DNA of 64,000 bases, taken from assembly GCA_963796325.1 (NCBI GenBank), contig CAWCLF010000003.1, forward strand, positions 470,788-534,787. Reading direction: 5' to 3'. The translations under genes were made by a program, and so were the position numbers. Numbering within the stretch: the stretch's first letter is position 1; the number at the start of each line of letters is the position of its first letter. This stretch comes from an uncultured Spirochaetota bacterium. GTDB taxonomy: Bacteria; Spirochaetota; Brevinematia; Brevinematales; JAOACQ01. Positions 1 through 9,796 of the stretch are shown here, in pieces. The notes under the pieces are model-generated. The model was not told the origin of the DNA. It saw nothing but the letters and a program-made list of their open reading frames with translations, and made no database searches.

Positions 1-1
1 G

Positions 2-100
2 AACGCGATGGATCAGAGGCGCATAATTGCGGCTATGACAAGACTGCCCGACATGGTCAAAACCATATCAAAAATAAAGAAAATTCTTGGTCTTGATTGA
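2..100 (+). CDS. 3' end of an unidentified CDS that starts upstream of the window (partial)
   Basis: Frame 2 is open from the window edge to TGA at 98-100 (...MDQRRIIAAMTRLPDMVKTISKIKKILGLD*). Frame 1 is also open to TGA at 94-96, so the frame is uncertain. No recognisable motif. Confidence 0.2.
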   Translation, partial: NAMDQRRIIAAMTRLPDMVKTISKIKKILGLD

Positions 101-147
101 ACAGGACGGCCTTCTGCAGACCGAGACAAAAAAAATCTTAAAAAAAC

Positions 148-176
148 TTGCAAAACGACGCTTGTAGTTTTATTAT
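148..176 (+). promoter_or_regulatory. Candidate sigma70-type promoter for the oxidoreductase operon
   Basis: TTGCAA (148-153), 17-bp spacer, TATTAT (171-176), in an AT-rich region upstream of the first operon gene. Confidence 0.35.
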
Positions 177-318
177 ATTACTCAGTGATATTAGATGGTG
201 ATATTTTGAAAAAATCGTTTGAATGTTTTATTGCGAAATTATTTTACTATAATGTAAAATATTGATTAATCGCGGCAAGTCACAGGCTGATGCCGGAAAA
301 AAGTTCCAGGGAGGTTTC

Positions 319-531
319 ATGGGTTTTTATATAGAAATTGACGGGGAGCTCTGCAAGGGCTGCCAGCTGTGCATTCCCGAATGCCCTGAAAATGTCATAG
401 GGCTCGGTGAAAATTTCAATTCGAAAGGCTGGAGGTATGCGGAGCCGTTCAGGAACTCCGACTGCATAGGCTGCAAAAAATGCGCGGTCGTATGTCCCGA
501 TGTTGCAATAAAAGTCTGGAAAGAGGCGTAA
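319..531 (+). CDS. 2-oxoacid:ferredoxin oxidoreductase delta subunit (2x[4Fe-4S] ferredoxin domain)
   Basis: Two CxxCxxCxxxCP clusters (CKGCQLCIPECP, CIGCKKCAVVCP). I prefer ATG 319, preceded by AGGGAGG at 308-314, over the track's TTG at 262. First gene of a delta-alpha-beta-gamma operon. Confidence 0.85.
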   Translation: MGFYIEIDGELCKGCQLCIPECPENVIGLGENFNSKGWRYAEPFRNSDCIGCKKCAVVCPDVAIKVWKEA

Positions 532-533
532 AT

Positions 534-1619
534 ATGGCTCTAAAAAATATATTATTGATGAAAGGCAACGAGGCGATGGCCGAAGGCGCCATTATAGCCG
601 GATGCCGGTATTATTTCGGTTATCCTATAACTCCCCAGAACGAAGTGCCCGAATATATGTCGGCAAGGATGCCGGAGGCCGGCGGAGTTTTTATACAGGC
701 TGAAAGCGAACTGGCGTCTATAAACCTGGTTTTCGGAGCGGCTGCGGCAGGCGCCAGGGTCATGACAAGCACATCGAGTCCGGGCTTCAGCCTCATGCAG
801 GAAGGCATTTCATACCTTGCAGGAGCGAGGCTTCCATGCGTCCTGGCGAACGTCCAGAGATGCGGACCGGGGCTAGGAAACGTCTGGGTGGGACAGGCGG
901 ATTATTTCCAGGCTGTCAGGGGAGGCGGCAACGGCGATTACCATGTAATAGTCCTTGCACCCGCTTCACCGCAGGAAATGATGGACTTCACCATTCTTGC
1001 TTTCGACCTGGCGGATAAATACAGGATGCCGGCCCTCATTTTAAGCGATGCCGTGATCGGGCAGATGATGGAAAAGGTTGAAGTAAGAGAAAGCAAAGCA
1101 GTGCACAGCGACAAGCCATGGGCCCTGACAGGTGCGAAAGGAAGGGCAAGGAATATTGTCCGTTCGCTTTACGCCAGCGAGGATGCTATTGAAAAGAACA
1201 ATATTGCGATACAGGACGCCTACGCCGGTGCAAAAGAGAGAGAGGTCCGTTTCGAAGAATTTGAAACGGACGGGGCCGGCATCGTGATAGCCGCTTACGG
1301 CATATCCGCAAGGATAGCAAAGAATGCCGTCCGCAGGCTCAGGAGCGAAGGAATAAAGGCGGGACTTATCAGGCCTGTCACACTGAAACCCTTCCCTTAC
1401 GGGGAAATAAAAAAGTTAATTGAAAACGGGGCGAAGAATATCCTTTCCGTGGAAATGAGCGCCGGGCAGATGGTGGAGGATATTTACCTTGCAGCCGCGG
1501 GATCGGCGAAAGTTTCCCTTTACGGCAGGACCGGCGGCAATATTGTCGAAGAGGACGAAATTGTGAGGCGCGCAGTATCCATAAACGGAGGGAGCGAGGA
1601 ATACATATGGCGGATTTAA
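534..1619 (+). CDS. 2-oxoacid:ferredoxin oxidoreductase alpha subunit
   Basis: N-terminal GYPITPQNEV motif typical of KorA/PorA/VorA alpha subunits. ATG 534 follows the ferredoxin stop (529-531) and an AAGAGG RBS. Substrate (2-oxoglutarate, pyruvate or other) cannot be decided from sequence; the D-A-B-G order resembles kor/oor operons. Confidence 0.9.
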   Translation: MALKNILLMKGNEAMAEGAIIAGCRYYFGYPITPQNEVPEYMSARMPEAGGVFIQAESELASINLVFGAAAAGARVMTSTSSPGFSLMQEGISYLAGARLPCVLANVQRCGPGLGNVWVGQADYFQAVRGGGNGDYHVIVLAPASPQEMMDFTILAFDLADKYRMPALILSDAVIGQMMEKVEVRESKAVHSDKPWALTGAKGRARNIVRSLYASEDAIEKNNIAIQDAYAGAKEREVRFEEFETDGAGIVIAAYGISARIAKNAVRRLRSEGIKAGLIRPVTLKPFPYGEIKKLIENGAKNILSVEMSAGQMVEDIYLAAAGSAKVSLYGRTGGNIVEEDEIVRRAVSINGGSEEYIWRI

Positions 1620-2362
1620 TATTCGGCAGGCCGAAGAGTATGACGGATGAACCGCTGCGTTACTGCCCCGGCTGCGGCCATGGGGTCGTGCACAGGGTCA
1701 TCTGCGAAGCAATAGACGAACTCGGCGTCAGGGAAAACACGATAGGAGTCGCTCCGGTAGGCTGCGCCGTTTACGCTTACGACTACTGGAATTTCGATGT
1801 CAGCGAAGCCGCGCATGGAAGGGCTTCATCGGTCGCGACGGGCATAAAAAGGGTTCATCCGGAGAGCCTTGTCATATGCTACCAGGGCGACGGCGACCTG
1901 GCCTCGATAGGAATGGCTGAAACGATCCATACGGCCAACAGGGGCGAGAACATTACGGTAATTTTCATAAATAACGCCAGTTACGGGATGACGGGAGGCC
2001 AGATGGCCCCGACAACGCTGATCGGCCAGAAGACGACTACGACGCCCGGGGGCAGAAATGCCGCTGCCGAAGGATACCCGCTCAAAATGGCGGAGATGAT
2101 CTCGGCTCTTCCCGGTGTGAAATACTCCGTAAGGACAACGGTCGCGGATTTCAAGGGCGTTGTGATGACCAAGCGCGCCGTCAAAAAGGCTTTCGAACTT
2201 CAGCTCGGAAAGGGCGGTTATTCTTTTATCGAAGTACTTTCAAACTGCGGAACGAACTGGGGCATGACGCCCATTGATGCGAACAGGTTCATCCTGAACG
2301 AAACGGTTAAAACATTCCCCCTCGGAGTGTTCAAAGACTTGCCGGCAGGAGCTGATTTATGA
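1607..2362 (+). CDS. 2-oxoacid:ferredoxin oxidoreductase beta subunit (TPP-binding)
   Basis: YCPGCGHG and GDGD...NN TPP-binding signature. Overlaps the alpha-subunit stop by 13 nt, which suggests coupling. Confidence 0.9.
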   Translation: MADLIFGRPKSMTDEPLRYCPGCGHGVVHRVICEAIDELGVRENTIGVAPVGCAVYAYDYWNFDVSEAAHGRASSVATGIKRVHPESLVICYQGDGDLASIGMAETIHTANRGENITVIFINNASYGMTGGQMAPTTLIGQKTTTTPGGRNAAAEGYPLKMAEMISALPGVKYSVRTTVADFKGVVMTKRAVKKAFELQLGKGGYSFIEVLSNCGTNWGMTPIDANRFILNETVKTFPLGVFKDLPAGADL

Positions 2363-2895
2363 AACAGGATATAATTCTTTCCGGTTTCGGCGGACAGGGC
2401 GTGCTGACGGCCGGCCTGTTAATCTCCGAAACGGCTATGCTGGAAGGGTTTAACGCCACTTACTTCCCATCCTACGGCGCGGAGATGAGAGGGGGTACGG
2501 CAAACTGCCATGTCAGAGTTTCGGACGGCGACATCGGGTCTCCGATCTTATCCGGCGCATCCGTCTTAATCGCGATGAGCGCTCCGGCCCTTAAAAAATT
2601 CCTGCCCAGGATCAAAACGGGGGGGATCGTTCTTTACAACGCGGATTTCAGTGAAGATAAATTGAATGTCAATAAATGCAGGGTCGTAACCGTCAAAAGC
2701 GAAAAAATGGCCCTTGAGAAATTCGGCACTTCGAAGCCGGCGAATATGATCATGCTGGGCGCTTTTATAAAATTGTCCCGGGATCTCGATCTTGAAGACG
2801 TTAAAAAATCCGTCAGGAAAAAGTTTGCGAAAAAGGGCGATAAGATCGTGAATGTCAATATAGAGGCCCTTGCCATGGGCTACGGTGCTGTTTGA
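2359..2895 (+). CDS. 2-oxoacid:ferredoxin oxidoreductase gamma subunit
   Basis: GFGGQGV motif near the N-terminus, ~180 aa, ATGA overlap with the beta subunit. Confidence 0.88.
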   Translation: MKQDIILSGFGGQGVLTAGLLISETAMLEGFNATYFPSYGAEMRGGTANCHVRVSDGDIGSPILSGASVLIAMSAPALKKFLPRIKTGGIVLYNADFSEDKLNVNKCRVVTVKSEKMALEKFGTSKPANMIMLGAFIKLSRDLDLEDVKKSVRKKFAKKGDKIVNVNIEALAMGYGAV

Positions 2896-2904
2896 GGAGA
2901 GCAT

Positions 2905-5418
2905 ATGAGTTTTAAGAGGTTTCTGCATGAGGCGAGGCTCAGGCTCCCGCTCACAACAATGCAGAGGATATTCTTTGCATGCCTTATCGGGCTGGGAGCC
3001 GTGATTGGCATATTCATAGCTTACATTATCATCACCTTTACGGAATTGAAGGATATCAAACCTCTGGAAAATTATTCCACTTACGACGTGCCGACAAAAG
3101 TTTACGATATAAATGAAAAACTGATAACCGAGTTTTACAGGGAAAAGAGGGAGCTGGTCTCATATAAGGACCTTCCGGATTCCCTTATCAAGGCGATTAT
3201 TGCCACTGAAGACAACGATTTTTACAATCACCATGGCTTCAACCCTCTTTCATTCATCAGGGCCGTGATAATAGATCCGATCCTGGGCAAGAGAGCCCGG
3301 GGGGCTTCGACAATTACACAGCAGCTTGCCAAGAACCTTTTTACATCAGGTGAAAGGAGCCTGTTCAGGAAAATCGTGGAATTATGGTACGCATTTCAGA
3401 TAGAAAAGAAATATTCAAAAGAGGAAATACTGGAACTTTATTTCAACCAGGTATATTTCGGGCATGGCTGCTACGGAGTGGAAGCGGCTTCGCATTATTT
3501 TTACGATAAGGACGTCAAGGACCTCTCCGTCGGCGAGGCGAGCCTGCTCGCAGGGCTCGTGCAGATGCCGGAGAATTATTCTCCGGTCCTGGCTCCGTAC
3601 AAGGCCCAGGCCAGGCACAGGGTAGTGCTTAATTCAATGGTTAAAATGGGTTTTTTAACAAAGGAAGAAGCCGACGATACTTTCGACCAGTTCTGGAACA
3701 ATTATTCAAGCATAATCAAGGTTAAAGGCATAACGGTGCAGAAAACCCAGAATAATCCGGCCCCGTTTTTTACGGAATACATCCGGCAGATCCTGTCGGA
3801 GAAATACGGCGACGACAGGCTTTATTCGGGCGGCCTGCAGATCTATACAACCCTCGACATCGACAAGGAAAGGGAGGCAAACCTCGAACTGCAGAAAGGC
3901 ATTTCCAACGAACAGGCCAATTACGACTTGGAAACAAGGTTCAACTCCCAGAAGTTCAAGGAATCGTATGACGACATAATCGACCTGTTAAGCCTCTATT
4001 TCGGAGTGAACAGCATTAAGATCGGCACCGGCCGCGTCAAGGACCATCTTGAAAACCTTTATAAGAACTATAATGACATGATCTACCTTTCCAGTTTAGT
4101 TTTCGGGTTCGACAGATTGAACTCCAGGCTGAAGTCCCAGTACATGCTGCCGGTGCTTGTCAAGCAGAAGGAAGACTCTATAGAGGGCGCGCTTATATCG
4201 ATCAACCCGAAAAACGGATATATTGAAGCTATGGTCGGCGGCAGCGAATTCAACTATGCGAACCAGTACAACCGCGTGATCCTGGCCAGAAGGCAGATGG
4301 GGTCCCTTTTTAAAGTCGTTTATTACGCAGACGCAATAGAAAAGGGCCTTATTACACCGGCTTCGGTATTTATGGACATGCCTATGATCTACGAGGACCC
4401 GTCCGGAAAGCCGTACGAACCGAGAAATTACGAGGGCACATTCAGGGGAAAGATCAGGGTGAGACAGGCCCTCCAGTATTCGGTCAACGTTGTTTCCGTA
4501 CAAATATGGAAGCATATGCTCGACACCCTGGGCTACAATTCCATTATCGATACGATGTCGCAATATTACGGTATTTCCGGCGACGAAATGCGGAACAGGA
4601 TTAAACCGTCACTGTCCTATGCCCTCGGCGTCGGGGCTTTCACACCTTTCGAAGTTTCAAAATTTTTCGCCTGCGTAGCCAATGACGGAGTCGAAATAAA
4701 GCCGATCGCCATACTCAAAGTAAAAGACAGATTCGGAAGGATTATAGATGACTTCGAGATGACCAGGGACCTCGACCATGACAGCCGCAGGCAGGTCATG
4801 ACACCCGGAACGGCTTTTTTAATGCAGAGCATGCTTTATACGGTGCTTTACGAAGGGACCGGCGCAGGAGCTGTCACCGAAACAGGTTTTAATTTAACGG
4901 CGGGAGGAAAGACGGGGACGGCTGAAAACTGGAAAGATGCCTGGTTCGCGGGTTTTACCAAGAACCTTGCGACCGTCGTCTGGATGGGATTCGACGACCC
5001 GAGAAAATCTTTTGGAAGGAACAGGGCGGCGGCGCTCGTGGCGGCGCCGGTCTGGATGAAATACATGAAAAATGTCCTCCAGAATGATCCCGACCAGCCT
5101 TTCCAGGCGCCGTCCGATGTCGTCGAGGTGCCGGTTTGCGCAAATACAGGCCTCCTGACAACCCCCTTCTGTCCTCATGTAATAAACGAGTACTTTTTAA
5201 AAAGCAATGCGCCCGTCAGGAAATGCGACATCCACATTTCGCAGGAGACATCGAAGGACGATGAGGACAAGGAAATCTACAGCATTACTAATTCCCTTAA
5301 CCTTAAAGATATAGAATTGAGCAACGAAGAAAGCTCGGATTCGAACTATAACGAGCTCGAAGACATCAAGCAGTCGATGAAGCAGGACAAATTGAATATC
5401 AAATCGGGAATTGAATGA
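2905..5418 (+). CDS. Class A penicillin-binding protein (bifunctional glycosyltransferase/transpeptidase, PBP1A-like)
   Basis: N-terminal TM anchor. GT51 motifs EDNDFYNHHGF and RGASTITQQLAKN. Transpeptidase SxxK (SLFK), SxN (SVN) and KTGT. GAGGAG RBS before the ATG. Confidence 0.93.
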   Translation: MSFKRFLHEARLRLPLTTMQRIFFACLIGLGAVIGIFIAYIIITFTELKDIKPLENYSTYDVPTKVYDINEKLITEFYREKRELVSYKDLPDSLIKAIIATEDNDFYNHHGFNPLSFIRAVIIDPILGKRARGASTITQQLAKNLFTSGERSLFRKIVELWYAFQIEKKYSKEEILELYFNQVYFGHGCYGVEAASHYFYDKDVKDLSVGEASLLAGLVQMPENYSPVLAPYKAQARHRVVLNSMVKMGFLTKEEADDTFDQFWNNYSSIIKVKGITVQKTQNNPAPFFTEYIRQILSEKYGDDRLYSGGLQIYTTLDIDKEREANLELQKGISNEQANYDLETRFNSQKFKESYDDIIDLLSLYFGVNSIKIGTGRVKDHLENLYKNYNDMIYLSSLVFGFDRLNSRLKSQYMLPVLVKQKEDSIEGALISINPKNGYIEAMVGGSEFNYANQYNRVILARRQMGSLFKVVYYADAIEKGLITPASVFMDMPMIYEDPSGKPYEPRNYEGTFRGKIRVRQALQYSVNVVSVQIWKHMLDTLGYNSIIDTMSQYYGISGDEMRNRIKPSLSYALGVGAFTPFEVSKFFACVANDGVEIKPIAILKVKDRFGRIIDDFEMTRDLDHDSRRQVMTPGTAFLMQSMLYTVLYEGTGAGAVTETGFNLTAGGKTGTAENWKDAWFAGFTKNLATVVWMGFDDPRKSFGRNRAAALVAAPVWMKYMKNVLQNDPDQPFQAPSDVVEVPVCANTGLLTTPFCPHVINEYFLKSNAPVRKCDIHISQETSKDDEDKEIYSITNSLNLKDIELSNEESSDSNYNELEDIKQSMKQDKLNIKSGIE

Positions 5419-7040
5419 AATTCGCTGTCATCGACGGTTATGTCGATGAGCCTACCTGCCTGGGAGTGCCTCCTTTCATTTCGACCTATGTAAGGTATGC
5501 GGCCGGAGCCGCCAGGACGGCCGGGGCCCTGTCAATAGACTATATCACTATCGAGGACCTGAGGCAAAATGATTACAATCTTACTGAAAAATACGGCATG
5601 GCGGCGATCATAGCCGGCAATCCCGTTCCGGGAAAATACCTCGGCGGCGTTCCGATGACAGCCGAAGAAGCCGGGCGCATAGGAAGGGCCAACCCCGGGA
5701 CGGTTTTCCTGCTCGGCGGTCCCGTAAGGTTTTCAGGTTCCCGAAATTACGGCTGTCCCAACATCATTCCCGTCAGGCTGGACATCGAACCGTATATTTA
5801 CAGCGCTATAAGGGGCGAAAATCCCGTCGAAAGCCTGAGGACCCTTTCTGAAATCGAACTCTTTTCAAAAGCCGGGGCTTTTATAGCCGGAAAACACCCG
5901 AGGTTTCCCGATGTCATAGCGGAGATCGAGACCGGAAGGGGATGTCCGAGAAAAAGCCACTGCTCCTTCTGCGTCGAGGGGGGCTACAGCGTCGTTTTCA
6001 GGGAACCCGGGTCCGTAATAAGCGAAATACGGGAATTGAATAAAGCCGGAGTTATGCATTTCCGCATCGGCAAACAGGCTGACCTTTTCGCCTACGGATC
6101 TCTCATGAACGAATGGAGAAACGGCTTTCCGAAGCCCGATGTCGATTCGATCAGAAGGCTGTACGAAGGAATCAGGGACGCCGTACCGGATATCAAGACG
6201 CTTCACCTGGATAATGTCAATCCCGGCACGGTGTCCAATTACCCGGACGAATCGTTCAGGATCAGCGAAATCATATCTAAAAATAACACGCCGGGCGATG
6301 TGGCGGCCTTTGGAATGGAAAGCGCCGATCCTGCAGTTATTCATAAGAACTGCCTCAAGGCTTATCCGGAAGACGTAATGAAAGCAATTGAAATCGTTAA
6401 TGAGGCCGGAGGATGGAAAGACGGGGGGCTGCCGAAGCTTCTTCCTGGAATAAATCTGATCCGCGGCCTGCCGGGTGAAAGCAGGGAAACCTTTAAAATG
6501 AATTACGAATTTTTAAAAGAAGTTCTCGATAAGGGATTTCTCCTCCGCCGAATAAATATCAGGCAGCTGAGGGTCTCCGGAGGGACAAAGCTCGGGGAGG
6601 GCGGCCCGCGCAAAAATAAAGAGGAAAAAATTCTCGATGCGGTTTTCAGGAATTACCGTGAAAAGATCAGGCGGGATGTCGACGTTCCGATGATCAGGAA
6701 GGTATTCGGGCCGGGAACTCTCTTCAATAACGTAATTGTTGAAACCCGCAGGGGGGACTGGAGCATAGCAAGGCCGATCGGGACGTATCCTATTGCAGTC
6801 AATATTCCGAAAATCCTGCCGATTCATTCGAAGGCGAATATATTCGTTACAGGTTACCGTGAAAGGTCGCTTATAGGGCTCGTTGCGCCGTTTGCCGCAG
6901 GGAATGCATCTCTTCTTGAAATAAGGCAGATCCCCGGATTTTCAAAAAGTGCGGGGGCGCTGATGGCAAAAAAAAACATAGGACCTCTCGACCTGTCTTC
7001 ATCTCCCATCTTCAAGGACATCAGGAATTTTCTCATTTAG
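5415..7040 (+). CDS. Radical SAM domain protein, function unknown
   Basis: Cysteine cluster GRGCPRKSHCSFC (CX5CX2C spacing). ATGA overlap with the PBP stop. I do not recognise the N-terminal MKFAVIDGYVDEPTCLGVPP region as a named family. Confidence 0.7.
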   Translation: MKFAVIDGYVDEPTCLGVPPFISTYVRYAAGAARTAGALSIDYITIEDLRQNDYNLTEKYGMAAIIAGNPVPGKYLGGVPMTAEEAGRIGRANPGTVFLLGGPVRFSGSRNYGCPNIIPVRLDIEPYIYSAIRGENPVESLRTLSEIELFSKAGAFIAGKHPRFPDVIAEIETGRGCPRKSHCSFCVEGGYSVVFREPGSVISEIRELNKAGVMHFRIGKQADLFAYGSLMNEWRNGFPKPDVDSIRRLYEGIRDAVPDIKTLHLDNVNPGTVSNYPDESFRISEIISKNNTPGDVAAFGMESADPAVIHKNCLKAYPEDVMKAIEIVNEAGGWKDGGLPKLLPGINLIRGLPGESRETFKMNYEFLKEVLDKGFLLRRINIRQLRVSGGTKLGEGGPRKNKEEKILDAVFRNYREKIRRDVDVPMIRKVFGPGTLFNNVIVETRRGDWSIARPIGTYPIAVNIPKILPIHSKANIFVTGYRERSLIGLVAPFAAGNASLLEIRQIPGFSKSAGALMAKKNIGPLDLSSSPIFKDIRNFLI

Positions 7041-7102
7041 CTTCCGCCTGTACTTCTTTATCGATGAGTATTATAATTATTATGTATCGAGAGGAATCGG
7101 TT

Positions 7103-7972
7103 ATGGATCTATTCAGCCTGGTGCAGAACAAATATAAAGAGGCCCTGGATTCGGGCGCCCTGCAGTCGTATATGACCGAAACGCGTCTTGTAAGAAACGG
7201 GCTTGAATATATTGTTTTTGTATTGAAAAATTTAAGCGACATGGAAAAGTTATCCTGGGATAAGAGAGCCAGAGGCGCCGGGGGGAATGACGGTTTTGAT
7301 CCTTTTATGCCTTATGATAAGGATTTATTTGTAGGCGATCTTACGGATACTCATATCTGTCTCCTGAACAAGTATAATGTTATGAAAGATCATATCCTGA
7401 TAGTAACCCGCTCTTTCGAAGACCAGGAATCTCCTCTTTCGCCGGGCGATTTTGAAGCGTTGTGCCTTTGCCTTGAACAAATCGGAGGACTCGCTTTCTA
7501 TAATAGCGGCGAAAAAGCCGGCGCAAGCCAGAAGCACAAGCATATCCAGATGGTGTCGCTTCCGCTTGGAGGATCGGAAGGAAGGATACCCATTGAGCCC
7601 CTGGTCAATGCGGCAGAACGCAGGCCTGGCGGACGGGCGCTGGTCATTCCCCAGTTCGAGTTCAGGCATGGAGTATTCTTCCTTTCTTCTTCAGAAAAGG
7701 CTGCGGTAAAAGAAATAGCCTTTTATCTTTATGAAAAATACCTCGAACTGGCCGACTATACCGGCCTCTCGGGCCAGTGGGGACCTTACAATCTCCTGAT
7801 AACCAGGGAATGGATGCTCTTGATACCCAGGACGCGTGAAAGATTCGAGGGCATATCCGTCAATTCGCTGGGATTTGCCGGCACTCTCCTGGTAAAGGAC
7901 GTTTCCGAGTTTGAAATCATCGAACGCGCCGGGCTTTTCAAAATCCTCAATTCTGTAACCGTTCCTCTATAA
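7103..7972 (+). CDS. ATP adenylyltransferase / Ap4A phosphorylase-like (GalT/HIT-branch)
   Basis: HxHxQ-type motif KHKHIQMV and the LLNKYNVMKDHILIVT pattern typical of Apa2-like enzymes. ATG 7103, preceded by GAGAGG, is preferred over ATG 7064. Confidence 0.65.
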   Translation: MDLFSLVQNKYKEALDSGALQSYMTETRLVRNGLEYIVFVLKNLSDMEKLSWDKRARGAGGNDGFDPFMPYDKDLFVGDLTDTHICLLNKYNVMKDHILIVTRSFEDQESPLSPGDFEALCLCLEQIGGLAFYNSGEKAGASQKHKHIQMVSLPLGGSEGRIPIEPLVNAAERRPGGRALVIPQFEFRHGVFFLSSSEKAAVKEIAFYLYEKYLELADYTGLSGQWGPYNLLITREWMLLIPRTRERFEGISVNSLGFAGTLLVKDVSEFEIIERAGLFKILNSVTVPL

Positions 7973-7995
7973 TAAAACAGGATTGAAAAATTAGC

Positions 7996-8024
7996 TTGCA
8001 TTTATAAATGAATATGATTAAAAT
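7996..8024 (+). promoter_or_regulatory. Candidate promoter for the acyl-CoA ligase gene
   Basis: TTGCAT (7996-8001), 17-bp spacer, TAAAAT (8019-8024). Confidence 0.3.
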
Positions 8025-8056
8025 TATGGCCGGTTAATACACATCGCGGGGGCGTT

Positions 8057-9790
8057 ATGGAAATAAAAACGGTCAGGGAGCTTGTCGATTATATCGGGAT
8101 CTTCGGAGAGAGAACCGCAAGCCGCATAAAGGACCAGGACGGCGCCTACAGGGAATGCACTTTCGACGATTACAAGAGGATCTCCAGATATATAGCGGCA
8201 TACCTCGCAAAAAAGAAACGCATGGTCAAGGGCGATATGGCCGTAATATACAGCGACAACAGGCCCGAATGGATAACGGCATATTTCGGGATAGTATATA
8301 ACGGGTTATGGGCGGTACCTCTCGATGCGAGGCTGACCGACCTCGAAGTAAAAAATCTCGTGTTCGACTGCGGCGCAAAGATAATGTTCCTTACAAAGTC
8401 CCTTTATGAAAATATATGCGGCCTGCCGGAACTGATACGGCATATAAAGGAATTCATAATTCTCGACGGTATTAGCGAAGACATGAAACAGGAGAAAAAA
8501 ATAAAAGATCTGCAGGATGTTATCGATGAAGGCAGGAAATTAGCGGGCTCGATGACTGCTGTCGAAGTCGAAAGAGACGATGTCGCGAGCCTCATCTACA
8601 CCTCGGGTACGATGGGGAACCCGAAGGGAGTCCTCTTAACCCACGGTAATTTCGCACACCAGTTCAATACTGTGCCGAAAACCCTTCCTATCGAGCCCAG
8701 GGACGTTCTCCTGAGCGTGCTGCCGCTTCATCATACTTTCGAATTTTCCATAGAACTTGCGATACTGTTCACGGGAATTTCCATTACATATGCTGAAAGC
8801 CTCAAACCCAACAAGATCCTTGCAAATATCAAGGAAACAGGGGTGACATTTATGGCCGGGGTGCCCATGCTTTATGAAAAGATATATGAAGGCATCATGA
8901 GGCAGGTAAGGAGCCTTCCGATCGGCATAAGGCATATCATCCTCGGGCTGTATTATCTTACTTCGGGCCTGAATAAAATTACTGCGAACAGGGCGGGGAA
9001 AGCGACTTTCAGGTTCCTGAGGAACAGGGCCAGCCTTAACACCATAAAGTTTGTCGTTTCCGGCGCTGCGCCCCTGAATTTTAAAGTGGCGAAAGGGTTT
9101 GAAACTATCGGGCTGACGATCCTCAACGGATACGGCCTGACCGAGGCTTCGCCTATAGTAGCGGTCAACAGATGCGACAGAAAGATTAAAAACGAGACCG
9201 TCGGAATTCCTGTGCTCGGGGAAGAAGTCAGGATAGGGGACGCCGACAATCAGGGAAACGGCGAAATATTCGTAAGGGGCCCTAATGTGATGAAGGGTTA
9301 TTTCAGGAATGAAAAAGCCACGCATGATATAATAGACAAAAAGGGATGGCTGGCGACAGGCGATATAGGCCGGCTCGACCAGGACGGGTACCTCAGGATA
9401 ACAGGCCGCAAGAAAAGCATTATAGTGACCCCGGGCGGCAAGAACGTCTATCCCGAAGAGATCGAGGAATTGCTGAATTCAAGCCCGTTTATCCTTGAAA
9501 GCCTGATCATCGGAATACCCCAGTCCGAATCCAGCTTAGGCGAAAATATCTATGCCCTGATAGTTCCAAATTACGAGTATTTCGACACGTTCGGCAGCGT
9601 AAATTCCATCAAGATCACCGAAGAACATGTTAAAAATACTATCGCAAAGCATGTAAGGGAAGTATCGGGCCGCCTTGCCGATTATAAAAAGATCAAGGGC
9701 TGGAGGATAAGAAGCGAAGAGTTTCCCAAAACATCGACAAGGAAGATCAAGAGATACCTGTTTTCCGGCAGGGATTACCTGTCAAGCTGA
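8057..9790 (+). CDS. Long-chain fatty acid--CoA ligase (AMP-binding/ANL superfamily)
   Basis: AMP-binding motifs YTSGTMGNPKGV, GYGLTE and TGDIGRLDQDGYLRITGRKK. Confidence 0.9.
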   Translation: MEIKTVRELVDYIGIFGERTASRIKDQDGAYRECTFDDYKRISRYIAAYLAKKKRMVKGDMAVIYSDNRPEWITAYFGIVYNGLWAVPLDARLTDLEVKNLVFDCGAKIMFLTKSLYENICGLPELIRHIKEFIILDGISEDMKQEKKIKDLQDVIDEGRKLAGSMTAVEVERDDVASLIYTSGTMGNPKGVLLTHGNFAHQFNTVPKTLPIEPRDVLLSVLPLHHTFEFSIELAILFTGISITYAESLKPNKILANIKETGVTFMAGVPMLYEKIYEGIMRQVRSLPIGIRHIILGLYYLTSGLNKITANRAGKATFRFLRNRASLNTIKFVVSGAAPLNFKVAKGFETIGLTILNGYGLTEASPIVAVNRCDRKIKNETVGIPVLGEEVRIGDADNQGNGEIFVRGPNVMKGYFRNEKATHDIIDKKGWLATGDIGRLDQDGYLRITGRKKSIIVTPGGKNVYPEEIEELLNSSPFILESLIIGIPQSESSLGENIYALIVPNYEYFDTFGSVNSIKITEEHVKNTIAKHVREVSGRLADYKKIKGWRIRSEEFPKTSTRKIKRYLFSGRDYLSS

Positions 9791-9796
9791 TCCGTT

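Noticed and set aside
262-318. N-terminal extension of the ferredoxin subunit from TTG 262, and of the alpha subunit from ATG 480.
   Set aside because: Downstream ATGs at 319 and 534 have good Shine-Dalgarno sequences and give canonical protein N-termini. The extensions overlap upstream signals or coding sequence.
8636-9325. 229-aa antisense ORF within the acyl-CoA ligase gene. Similar shadow ORFs occur at 15663-16334, 20544-21029, 33632-34285, 34655-35230, 39610-40281, 42544-43017, 43486-44043, 47514-48074 and 51616-52173.
   Set aside because: Each lies opposite a CDS with diagnostic motifs. Composition is skewed and no domain signatures are present. I judge them non-coding.
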